From assembly GCA_044866005.1 (NCBI GenBank), contig JBIOTN010000170.1:1-24110 (forward strand): a DNA stretch of 24,110 nt, written 5' to 3'. Position 1 is the stretch's first letter. Each line of letters opens with the position of its first letter. This document shows positions 8,882 to 15,886 of this stretch, piece by piece. A program made the position numbers and the translations under genes. This DNA comes from Candidatus Rokuibacteriota bacterium. GTDB taxonomy: Bacteria; Methylomirabilota; Methylomirabilia; Rokubacteriales; DASRDR01. Under the pieces are notes generated by a model. That model saw nothing but the letters and a program-made list of their open reading frames with translations, did no database searches and was not told the DNA's origin.

Positions 8882-9553
8882 ATGAACGGTGTGGGACGCG
8901 TGCTCCGCGCATTGCTCATCGTTCCCGTGACTCTCGGGCTCACGGCCCTCCCCGCCTCCGCGGAGTGGTTCGCCGACCTGTATGCCGGCGTGGCGGTCAC
9001 GCCGGATTCGGACGTCACCGTCCGCGCGCCGGGTCAGCGCCAGACGGTGACGGGCGAGTTCGACACCTCGCTCACGGGCGGCGGTCGCGTCGGGTACTGG
9101 CTCGCGGGTCTGCCCTGGCTCGGCGTCGCCGCTGACGTCTCGTATTTCGCGCCGGACGTCAAGCCCAGTGTCGCCCCCGGGGGGGCGACGACCGACCTCG
9201 ACGTGGTGCCGATCGCAGCCTTGCTCATGCTGCGCCTGCCCCTGCTGGCGACGCCGGAGATTCCCGGCGGGCGCATCCAGCCGTACGCGGCCGCGGGCCC
9301 CGCCGCCTTCGTGACCCACGCGAAGGAGAGCCTCGCCGGGGAACGCATCTCGGACGTGAGCGTGGACCTCGGGCTGGACGTGCGCGCGGGCGTGGCGTGG
9401 CAGTTCCACCGGAACGTGGCCCTCTTCGGCGAGTACCGGTTCACGCACGTCTCCCCGAAATTCGAGGGCACCAGCCTCGGCCAGACGTTCTCGATCGAGC
9501 CGGAGATCGACACGCACCACTTCCTGGCCGGGGTCTCTTTCCGCTTCCCGTGA
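8882..9553 (+). CDS. Outer-membrane beta-barrel protein (small OmpA/OmpW-like barrel)
   Basis: ATG 8882 preferred (GAGGGA upstream); GTG 8867 is the alternative. Signal peptide ends in 'PASA|EWF'. Amphipathic strands 'GGRVGYW', 'IQPYAAAGP', 'VRAGVAWQF' and 'LFGEYRFTH'. C-terminal 'LAGVSFRF(P)'. Confidence 0.8.
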   Translation: MNGVGRVLRALLIVPVTLGLTALPASAEWFADLYAGVAVTPDSDVTVRAPGQRQTVTGEFDTSLTGGGRVGYWLAGLPWLGVAADVSYFAPDVKPSVAPGGATTDLDVVPIAALLMLRLPLLATPEIPGGRIQPYAAAGPAAFVTHAKESLAGERISDVSVDLGLDVRAGVAWQFHRNVALFGEYRFTHVSPKFEGTSLGQTFSIEPEIDTHHFLAGVSFRFP

Positions 9554-10365
9554 GGCAGCCGGCGGCGGGCTCCAGGCTGCGCTCGCTCGCCGAGGCGGGG
9601 GCGCTCGTCCCGGACGGCGCCCACCTCACGCTGGGCGGGGTCATGCTCCACCGCATCCCGGCCGCGTTCGTCCGGGAGCTGGCGCGCCAGGGCCGGCGCG
9701 GCCTTCGCCTGTCCAAGCCCTCGCCCTCCTACGACCTCGACCTCCTCTGCGCCGCCGGCTGCCTGGCCGAGGTGGACGCCGGGATCGCCTCGCTCGAGTC
9801 GGCCTTCGGCGGGGGCCTGCCGAGCTACCGGCGCGCGGTCGAGGCCGGCCGCGTGCGCGTCCGCGAGTTCTCCTGAGTGGGCGTGATGACGGGGCTGCGG
9901 GCCGCATCCCTCGGCGTGCCGTTCGAGCCGATCCCCGGGCTCAAGGGGACCGACCTGCCGGCGGCCGCCGACTTCCGCACCGTCAAGGACCCGTGGACGG
10001 GCGAGGAGATCTACGTCGTGCCGGCGCTCCGGCCGGAGTGGGCGGTCCTCCACGTCCAGGAGGCGGACGCGCGGGGCAACGCCCGCATCTTCGGCTCGCC
10101 GGGCTACGACCTCCTGATGGCCGCCGCGGCGACGCGGATCATCCTGACCGCCGAGCGGATCGTCCCGACCGAGGAGCTGGCCAGGATCCCCGAGCTGACG
10201 CGGGTTTCCGAGCTGACCGTTGCGGCGGTGGTGGAGCTGCCCGGCGGCGCGCGGCCCGGCGACTGCGCCGGCTGCTACGGCGTGGACGAGGCCGGCCTCC
10301 GCCGGTATCTCGACGCGGCGCGCACGCCGGCCGGTCTCGCCGCCTACCTGGCTGCCGAGCCGTGA
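9550..10365 (+). CDS. CoA-transferase-fold alpha subunit (GctA/IpdA-like), putative selenoprotein with in-frame UGA at 9874-9876 (codon 109 of 271 aa)
   Basis: The ORFs 9397..9876 and 9877..10365 are in the same frame, separated only by one TGA. GTG 9550 overlaps the OMP stop, and the 10363-10365 stop overlaps the beta-subunit start. The read-through protein is continuous: 'LTLGGVMLHRIPAAFVRELARQG...RRAVEAGRVRVREFS-U-VGVMTGLRAASLGVPFEPIPGLKGTD...VPALRPEWAVLHVQEADARGNA...TAERIV'. The family call is strong; Sec decoding is inferred. Confidence 0.8.
9877..9920 (+). promoter_or_regulatory. Candidate bacterial SECIS element
   Basis: Hand-folded hairpin just 3' of the UGA: GGCGUG 9880-85 / CGUGCC 9915-20, UGA 9887-89 / UCG 9911-13, GGGG 9891-94 / UCCC 9907-10, UGCG 9896-99 / CGCA 9903-06, apical loop GGC 9900-02. 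The loop starts with G and lies 23 nt after the UGA. Confidence 0.6.
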
Positions 10366-11081
10366 CGCCGGGCCCGCCGGAGCTGATGGCCGTCGCCCTG
10401 GCCCGCCTGGTCCGCGACGGCGAGGTCGCCTGCCACGGCGTCAACTCGCTCCTCGCCTCGCTGGCGCTCCTCCTGGCCCGGCGCCTCCACGCGCCGGCGC
10501 TGCGGCACGTCGCGATCGGCGGCGGCCTCGACGCTGCGCCGGCGACGCTGCCGCGCTCCTCCTCCGGCCCCGACTGGCTCGCGGGCTCGCCGGTGGTCCT
10601 CTCGAACGTGGACGTCTACCAGCTCGCGCTCAAGGGCGCGATCGACGTCATGCTCCTCGGCTGCGTCCAGGTGGACGCGCGGGGGCGCGTCAACTCCACG
10701 GTCGTCGGGCCCTTCGAGCGCCCGACGGTGCGGCTGCCCGGCGGGGGCGGGGCGGCGGTGCTCTTCCAGGTCGTCCGTCGCGTCATCGTCTACCGGACGC
10801 GCCACGACCCGCGGTCGCTCGTCCCGGCCGTGGACTTCGTCACCGCGACCGGAAACCTCGAGCGCGTCGTCACGCCGCTCGCCATCTTCCGCGCGACTGC
10901 CGACGGGCTCCGGCTCGAGGGGCTCATGCCCGGCGCGAGCCTGGAGGCCGTGCGGCGCCAGACCGGCTTCGAGGTCGTGCCGGCCGAGGACCTGGGGCCG
11001 GTGCCGCCGCCGACTCGCGAGGAGCTGGCCGCCCTCGAGGCGCTCGATCCGGATCGGCTCCGCGCCGTGGATTTCCAGTAA
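10362..11081 (+). CDS. CoA-transferase-fold beta subunit (GctB/IpdB-like), lacking the canonical catalytic Glu
   Basis: Coding part of the 9993..11081 ORF from GTG 10362 (GTGA overlap), 239 aa. Motifs 'IDVMLLGCVQVDARGRVNST', 'RLPGGGGA', 'VDFVTATG', 'VVTPLAIF', 'VRRQTGF' and 'PPTREELAALEALDP'. Confidence 0.85.
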   Translation: MTPGPPELMAVALARLVRDGEVACHGVNSLLASLALLLARRLHAPALRHVAIGGGLDAAPATLPRSSSGPDWLAGSPVVLSNVDVYQLALKGAIDVMLLGCVQVDARGRVNSTVVGPFERPTVRLPGGGGAAVLFQVVRRVIVYRTRHDPRSLVPAVDFVTATGNLERVVTPLAIFRATADGLRLEGLMPGASLEAVRRQTGFEVVPAEDLGPVPPPTREELAALEALDPDRLRAVDFQ

Positions 11082-11102
11082 CTTGGGCCAGGACGGCTCA
11101 GA

Positions 11103-12089
11103 ATGAGGTTTGGCCTGCGGCTCCCCACGTTCGCCCTCGGGCCGAAGACCGCGTCCCTGGCCGCGATGGGCCGCTACCTGAGGCGCGCGGAGGCGCTGGG
11201 CTTCGAAGCCGCGGTGACGATCGACCATCTGTTGACGACCCCGCCGGCCTACTCCTGCACCTGGCTCGAACCGATCGCGCTGCTCTCGGCGCTCGCCGGC
11301 GTGACCGAGCGGATCCGCCTCGGGACCATGGTCCTCGTCCTCCCGCTCCGCAACCCGGTCTACTTCGCCAAGGAGTGGGCGACGCTCGATGTCCTCTCGG
11401 GAGGGCGCTCCATCCTGGGGATCGGCGTCGGCTGGGCGGAAGAGGAATTCGCGCTCATGGGTGTGCCGCGGCGCGAGCGCGGGCGCCGGATGGAGGAAGG
11501 GCTCGAGCTGGTGCGGGCGCTCTGGGCCGGCGACGACGTCAGCTACGAGGGCCGGATCTACCGGGTGCGCCACCTCACGATCGACCCGAAGCCCATCCAG
11601 AAACCACACCCGCCCATCTGGATCGGCGGCGGGAGCCAGCCCTTCGAGAAGATCTACGGCCAGCACGTCCCGGACGTCACGCCGGTCCTTCGCCGCGTCG
11701 CGCGCTACGCCGACGCCTGGGTACCCCACTCGTCCGCGACGCCCGAGATGGTCCGGCAGGACTGGGCGGTCATCGAGCGCGCCGCGCCCGAGTTCGGGCG
11801 AAAGGCGACCGATATCCGCGTCGTCTACTCGAACTTCGTGTACGTCCTCGCGAAGGGCGAGCGGTCCGCGGCGGCGGCGCCGAAGTTCGCCGCGTTCTCC
11901 GGGATGGACCTCGACTACTGGCGTGAGCACTACCTGCTCGGCGAGGCCGACGCGGTGGCCGAGCGGATCCGCCGCCGGATCGCGGCGGCCGGCGGGCGCG
12001 TGGACTGGGTCGTCCTGAACCCGGTGGACTGGGATGCGGAGCAACTCGAGCGGCTCGCCGCGGAGGTGATCCCGCGCGTCGCGGCGTGA
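11103..12089 (+). CDS. Luciferase-like monooxygenase (LLM) class flavin/F420-dependent oxidoreductase
   Basis: 328 aa with 'RAEALGFEAAVTIDHL', 'TERIRLGTMVLVLPLRNPV', 'ATLDVLSGGR.ILGIGVGW' and 'PKPIQKPHPPIWIGG'. Confidence 0.9.
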   Translation: MRFGLRLPTFALGPKTASLAAMGRYLRRAEALGFEAAVTIDHLLTTPPAYSCTWLEPIALLSALAGVTERIRLGTMVLVLPLRNPVYFAKEWATLDVLSGGRSILGIGVGWAEEEFALMGVPRRERGRRMEEGLELVRALWAGDDVSYEGRIYRVRHLTIDPKPIQKPHPPIWIGGGSQPFEKIYGQHVPDVTPVLRRVARYADAWVPHSSATPEMVRQDWAVIERAAPEFGRKATDIRVVYSNFVYVLAKGERSAAAAPKFAAFSGMDLDYWREHYLLGEADAVAERIRRRIAAAGGRVDWVVLNPVDWDAEQLERLAAEVIPRVAA

Positions 12090-12126
12090 CGGGCCACGCG
12101 ACGCCGGCCGCGCGCCCCGCCGTTGC

Positions 12127-12155
12127 TTGACCGTCCCCGAGCCCTCCCGTATAGT
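12127..12155 (+). promoter_or_regulatory. Putative sigma70-type promoter for the mrp operon
   Basis: TTGACC (12127-12132), 17 nt spacer, TATAGT (12150-12155); near-consensus. Confidence 0.75.
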
Positions 12156-12164
12156 GAGGGCATC

Positions 12165-13286
12165 ATGGCGTTCTTCGGCGGCAAGAAGGCGGAGACCGTC
12201 ACGGAGGACACCGTCCTCACCGCCCTCCGGAAGGTCCAGGACCCCGACCAGCGACAGGACATCGTGAGCCTCGGGCTGGTCAAGGGGCTGACGATCGACG
12301 CCGGGCGCGTCGCGTTCACGCTCGAGTTCGCGGGCCAGTCGGCGCACGCCAAGATCGAGGTCCACAGCGAGGCGCGTCGGGCGGTGGCCGGCCTCCCCGG
12401 CGTCTCCGAGGTCAAGGTGGCCATGGGCTCGAGGGCGGCGGCCGCCCGGCCCGCGCAGCACGGCCAGCACGCCGCGCCGGCCGCGCCGCAGCAGGATCTC
12501 ATCCCGGACGTCAAGCACACGCTTGCGGTCTCCTCCGGGAAGGGCGGCGTCGGCAAGTCCACCGTCGCCGTGAACCTGGCGCTCGCGCTCCGCGACGCCG
12601 GCGCCACGGTCGGGCTCGTGGACGCCGACGTCTACGGGCCGAACATCCCGATCATGATGGGGGCGCGCGGCCGCCCCGGGATGTTCGAGAACCGGATCAT
12701 CCCGGTCCACGCCTACGACGTGAAGATCATCTCCATCGGCTTCTTCGTCAAGGAAGGCGACCCCGTCGTGTGGCGCGGTCCCATGATCCACACCGCCATC
12801 CAGCAGTTCCTGCGTGACGTCGAGTGGGGCCAGCTGGACTACCTGATCTTCGACATGCCGCCGGGCACGGGCGACGCGCAGCTGTCGCTCTCGCAGGTGA
12901 TCCCGCTCTCCGGCGTGGTGATGGTGACGACGCCGCAGGACGTCTCGCTGCTCGACGTCCGCAAGGCGCTGGCGATGTTCCGGAAGATGAACGTCCCGCT
13001 GCTGGGCGTCGTGGAGAACATGGCCGGCTTCGCCTGTCCCCACTGCCGGCACGTCACGCCGGTCTTCGGCGAAGGCGGCGGGGCGCGGCTGGCGGCGGAG
13101 TTCGCCGTTCCGCTGCTCGGCTCGGTCCCGCTCGATCCGGAGATCCGTGAGGGCGGGGACACGGGCGCCCCCATCGTCGTGGCGCACCCCGAGTCGCCGC
13201 AGGCCGAGGCGTTCCGGAAGGTGGCGGGCGCCGTGGTGGATCGGCTGGGGGCGCTCGCGCCGCTCAAGCTGCCCACCATCAGCTAG
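12165..13286 (+). CDS. mrp: Mrp/ApbC/NBP35 Fe-S cluster carrier ATPase with N-terminal DUF59-like domain
   Basis: ATG 12165 preferred, because the TTG 12123 start lies in the promoter region. Deviant Walker A 'SGKGGVGKST', plus 'DADVYGPNIP', 'VWRGPM', 'DMPPGTGDAQL', 'VTTPQ' and 'ENMAGFACPHC'. Confidence 0.93.
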   Translation: MAFFGGKKAETVTEDTVLTALRKVQDPDQRQDIVSLGLVKGLTIDAGRVAFTLEFAGQSAHAKIEVHSEARRAVAGLPGVSEVKVAMGSRAAAARPAQHGQHAAPAAPQQDLIPDVKHTLAVSSGKGGVGKSTVAVNLALALRDAGATVGLVDADVYGPNIPIMMGARGRPGMFENRIIPVHAYDVKIISIGFFVKEGDPVVWRGPMIHTAIQQFLRDVEWGQLDYLIFDMPPGTGDAQLSLSQVIPLSGVVMVTTPQDVSLLDVRKALAMFRKMNVPLLGVVENMAGFACPHCRHVTPVFGEGGGARLAAEFAVPLLGSVPLDPEIREGGDTGAPIVVAHPESPQAEAFRKVAGAVVDRLGALAPLKLPTIS

Positions 13287-13343
13287 GGCCCGTGCCGATA
13301 ACCGTCGCATCCAATGCCTGACCCGCGAGGGTAGGCCGGGCGG

Positions 13344-14003
13344 GTGTCAGACTTCGAGATTCCGGTCTTTCCCCTGCCGGACGTCGTCTTCTTCCCGGAG
13401 ACCATCCTCCCGCTGCACGTGTTCGAGCCGCGCTACCGCCGGATGGTCGCCGACTGCCTGGCCGGGGAGCGGCGCCTGGCGGTGGTGATGCTGCGCCCCG
13501 GCTGGGAGCGCGATTACCAGGGGCGCCCGCCGATCCACGCGGTCGCCGGGGCAGGCGACGTCATCCAGTCCGAGGTTCTCACCGACGGCCGGTACAACAT
13601 CATGCTCGACGGGCGGATGCGCATCCGCATCGAGGAGGAGCTGCCGCGCGACGTGCCCTACCGCGTCGTGCGCGCCCGGCGGCTCGGCGACGTCCTGGCC
13701 GAGAGCGACCGCGCCTCCCTCGAGGAGCGTCTGCTCACGCTGCGGGCCGCCCACGCGAAGCTCCTGGAGGCGCTCGGACAGGCTCACGCGGACCTGGTCG
13801 GCCGGCTCACCGTCGCCGGGGCGTCGCCCGGGGCGGTGGTCGACCGCATCGTCTCGGCGGTGGTCCCCGACGCCGACGTCCGCCAGCGGCTCCTGGAGAC
13901 GGTGGACGTGAGCGCGCGCCTCGACCTGGCGACGACCGCGCTGCTGGACCTCCTCGCCCTCGTCGCCGGCGCCGAGAGCGACGAGCCGGGCGGCGAGGAC
14001 TGA
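13344..14003 (+). CDS. Stand-alone Lon protease N-terminal substrate-binding domain protein
   Basis: 219 aa with 'IPVFPLPDVVFFP...LPLHVFEPRYRRMV.DCL' and 'DGRYNIML.G..R.RI.EE'. No AAA+ or protease domain. Confidence 0.88.
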   Translation: MSDFEIPVFPLPDVVFFPETILPLHVFEPRYRRMVADCLAGERRLAVVMLRPGWERDYQGRPPIHAVAGAGDVIQSEVLTDGRYNIMLDGRMRIRIEEELPRDVPYRVVRARRLGDVLAESDRASLEERLLTLRAAHAKLLEALGQAHADLVGRLTVAGASPGAVVDRIVSAVVPDADVRQRLLETVDVSARLDLATTALLDLLALVAGAESDEPGGED

Positions 14004-14023
14004 GCGGCGCCCGGGGCCTGGCC

Positions 14024-15007
14024 GTGGATCCCCTCACGCATGGCCTGACCGGCGCGCTCCTGGCCGAGGCCGGGCCCCGCCAGCGGTACGGCCGGCAGGC
14101 GACGCTCGCCCTCGTGGGCGGCGCGATGCTCCCCGACGTCGACATCCTCTGGAGCTGGGGGCGCGGGATCGCGTCGCTGGAGATGCACCGCGGCATCACG
14201 CATTCCCTCCTGGGGGGCGCGGCGCTCGCGGTCGCGCTGGCGGCCGTGACGCGGTGGATGGGCCCGGAGCGGCGCGTCGCGCCCCTCCTCGCGATGGCGG
14301 CGGCCGGCGTCTTCGGCGGCCACCTCTTCCTCGACCTCGTGACCTCGTTCGGGATCCAGCTCTTCCTCCCGTTCTCGCGGGCGCGGCCGGCGTGGGACTG
14401 GCTGTTCATCATCGACCTCTGGTTCTCCGTCCCGCTCCTCGTGGCGCTGCTGGCCGCGCGACTCGCCGGCAGCGTGCGCGTGGCGCGGCTCGGGTGCGCG
14501 TACCTCGCCGTGTACCTCGCGGTCACGGCCACCGCGCACGATCTGGCCCTGGCCGCGACGGAGCGCGCGGCGGCTCGGGCCGGTGTCGCCGTGACGCGGG
14601 TGGCGGCGCTCCCGCAGCCGCCGTCCCCGCTCCGGTGGCTGGGGCTCGCCGAGACGCCGGACGGGTACGCGGTGGGCGCGGTGGACCTCGGGGCGCGCGA
14701 GCCCGTGCGGCTCGACCCGGTGCCGCGCGGCCCCCAGTCCGCGCTCGTGGAGCACGTGCGAGCGCTGGCGCCCGTCCGCACGTACCTGTGGTTCGCCCGC
14801 TTTCCCGTGGTGAGCTTGCGCGAGATCGGAGACCTGCAGGTGGTGGAGTTCCGGGACCTCCGCTTCAGCAACCGACGCTGGCGGGACGATGGCTTCCTCC
14901 GGCGCGTCGTGCCGCTCGTGTCGCGCAGCCGGCTCGACCGGGAGCCCTTCGTCCTCCAGGTGGTGGTCGCGCCCGGCGGCGCCGTGCGTGCCGTGACGCT
15001 CCAGTAG
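14024..15007 (+). CDS. YdjM-like membrane-bound metal-dependent hydrolase
   Basis: 327 aa with 'MDPLTHGL.G', 'LPDVD', 'HRGITHSL', 'HLFLDLVTSFG.QLF.PFS' and 'LFIIDLW'. Confidence 0.87.
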   Translation: MDPLTHGLTGALLAEAGPRQRYGRQATLALVGGAMLPDVDILWSWGRGIASLEMHRGITHSLLGGAALAVALAAVTRWMGPERRVAPLLAMAAAGVFGGHLFLDLVTSFGIQLFLPFSRARPAWDWLFIIDLWFSVPLLVALLAARLAGSVRVARLGCAYLAVYLAVTATAHDLALAATERAAARAGVAVTRVAALPQPPSPLRWLGLAETPDGYAVGAVDLGAREPVRLDPVPRGPQSALVEHVRALAPVRTYLWFARFPVVSLREIGDLQVVEFRDLRFSNRRWRDDGFLRRVVPLVSRSRLDREPFVLQVVVAPGGAVRAVTLQ

Positions 15008-15011
15008 CCGC

Positions 15012-15719
15012 ATGGGGGCGCGTCGAGCGGTGACCGCGGGACTCCTCGTGCTGCTGGCCCTCGCGCCGGCCGTCGCGGCCGAGCCCTGGGGCTGGTTCGG
15101 CATACGCATCCGCGACCTCTCCGAGGCGGAGATGGAGGACCTCTCCACCCGGCTCGGTCTCGGCGAGGGCTACGGTGTGGTCGTCGCCGAAGTCCTCAAG
15201 GACGCGCCGGCGGAGGGCTCGGGGCTCCGGGCGGGCGACCTGATCGTGGCGATCGAGGGTCGTCCGGTCGTGGAGACGCGCGCCCTCCAGCGGATCGTCG
15301 GCGCCACCCCGGCCGGCCGGGAGGTGCGGGTCGTCGTCCTGCGCGACGGACGACGGCGGGAGCTACGGGTGCGGGTCGGCGAGATGCCGGCCGACGCCGT
15401 GGCCGACCGGGTGGCCGCGGAGTTCGGCTTCCTCGTGCGCGACGGCGGCGGCGAGGAGCCCGGCGTCCGGGGCCCCGGGGCAGGGGTCCCCGCCCCCGTC
15501 GTCGCCGCGGTCCTGGAGCGGAGCGCGGCGGCGCGTGGCGGCCTCCTGGTCGGCGACCAGATCCTCGCAGTCAACGGGGCGCCGGTCGGGACGGCGGAGA
15601 CGTTTCGCCGCCGGCTCCAGGAGGTGTCGCTCCGCGACGAGCTGCGGCTGCGCGTGCTGCGACGGGGTGAACCGGTCGCGCTCGTGCTCCCGCCGGCCCA
15701 GCCACCGCTGGCCCACTGA
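15012..15719 (+). CDS. Exported tandem-PDZ domain protein
   Basis: 235 aa. Signal peptide ends in 'AVAA|EPW'. PDZ1: 'GWFGIRIRDL...GVVVAEVLKDAPAEGSGLRAGDLIVAIEG'. PDZ2: 'VAAVLERSAAARGGLLVGDQILAVNG'. Confidence 0.82.
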   Translation: MGARRAVTAGLLVLLALAPAVAAEPWGWFGIRIRDLSEAEMEDLSTRLGLGEGYGVVVAEVLKDAPAEGSGLRAGDLIVAIEGRPVVETRALQRIVGATPAGREVRVVVLRDGRRRELRVRVGEMPADAVADRVAAEFGFLVRDGGGEEPGVRGPGAGVPAPVVAAVLERSAAARGGLLVGDQILAVNGAPVGTAETFRRRLQEVSLRDELRLRVLRRGEPVALVLPPAQPPLAH

Positions 15720-15852
15720 TCGCCGCGCGGCGGCCGGCGTGGCGGCCGCGCCCCGCTGGCTCGCGCCTCCCGCGCGACCTCGCGGGTGACGTGAGGGCCG
15801 CGGGGGGACGCTCTCCGGGCGCCGCTTCGCCGGCGCAACCGATGGGGGGGAA

Positions 15853-15879
15853 TCGGGGGGGTTTCCGAAACCCCCCCGA
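15853..15879. repeat. Perfect inverted repeat between convergent genes (bidirectional terminator or REP-like element)
   Basis: TCGGGGGGGTTT-CCG-AAACCCCCCCGA, with 12-bp arms. It ends 7 nt from the amidase stop and has no U-tract. Confidence 0.7.
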
Positions 15880-15886
15880 CGCTGTC

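Noticed and set aside
9874..9876. Genome-wide UGA reassignment to Trp or Gly
   Set aside because: TGA ends many genes here at their expected family C-termini, often in GTGA/ATGA overlaps (956, 1915, 2673, 7017, 9553, 10365), and TGG is used for Trp.
9397..10365. Two separate genes or a pseudogene, as the ORF track implies
   Set aside because: The break falls mid-domain within a conserved motif, the frame is preserved, there is no clear SD before 9877, there are no other lesions, and a SECIS-like hairpin follows. A recent nonsense mutation is less likely but not formally excluded.
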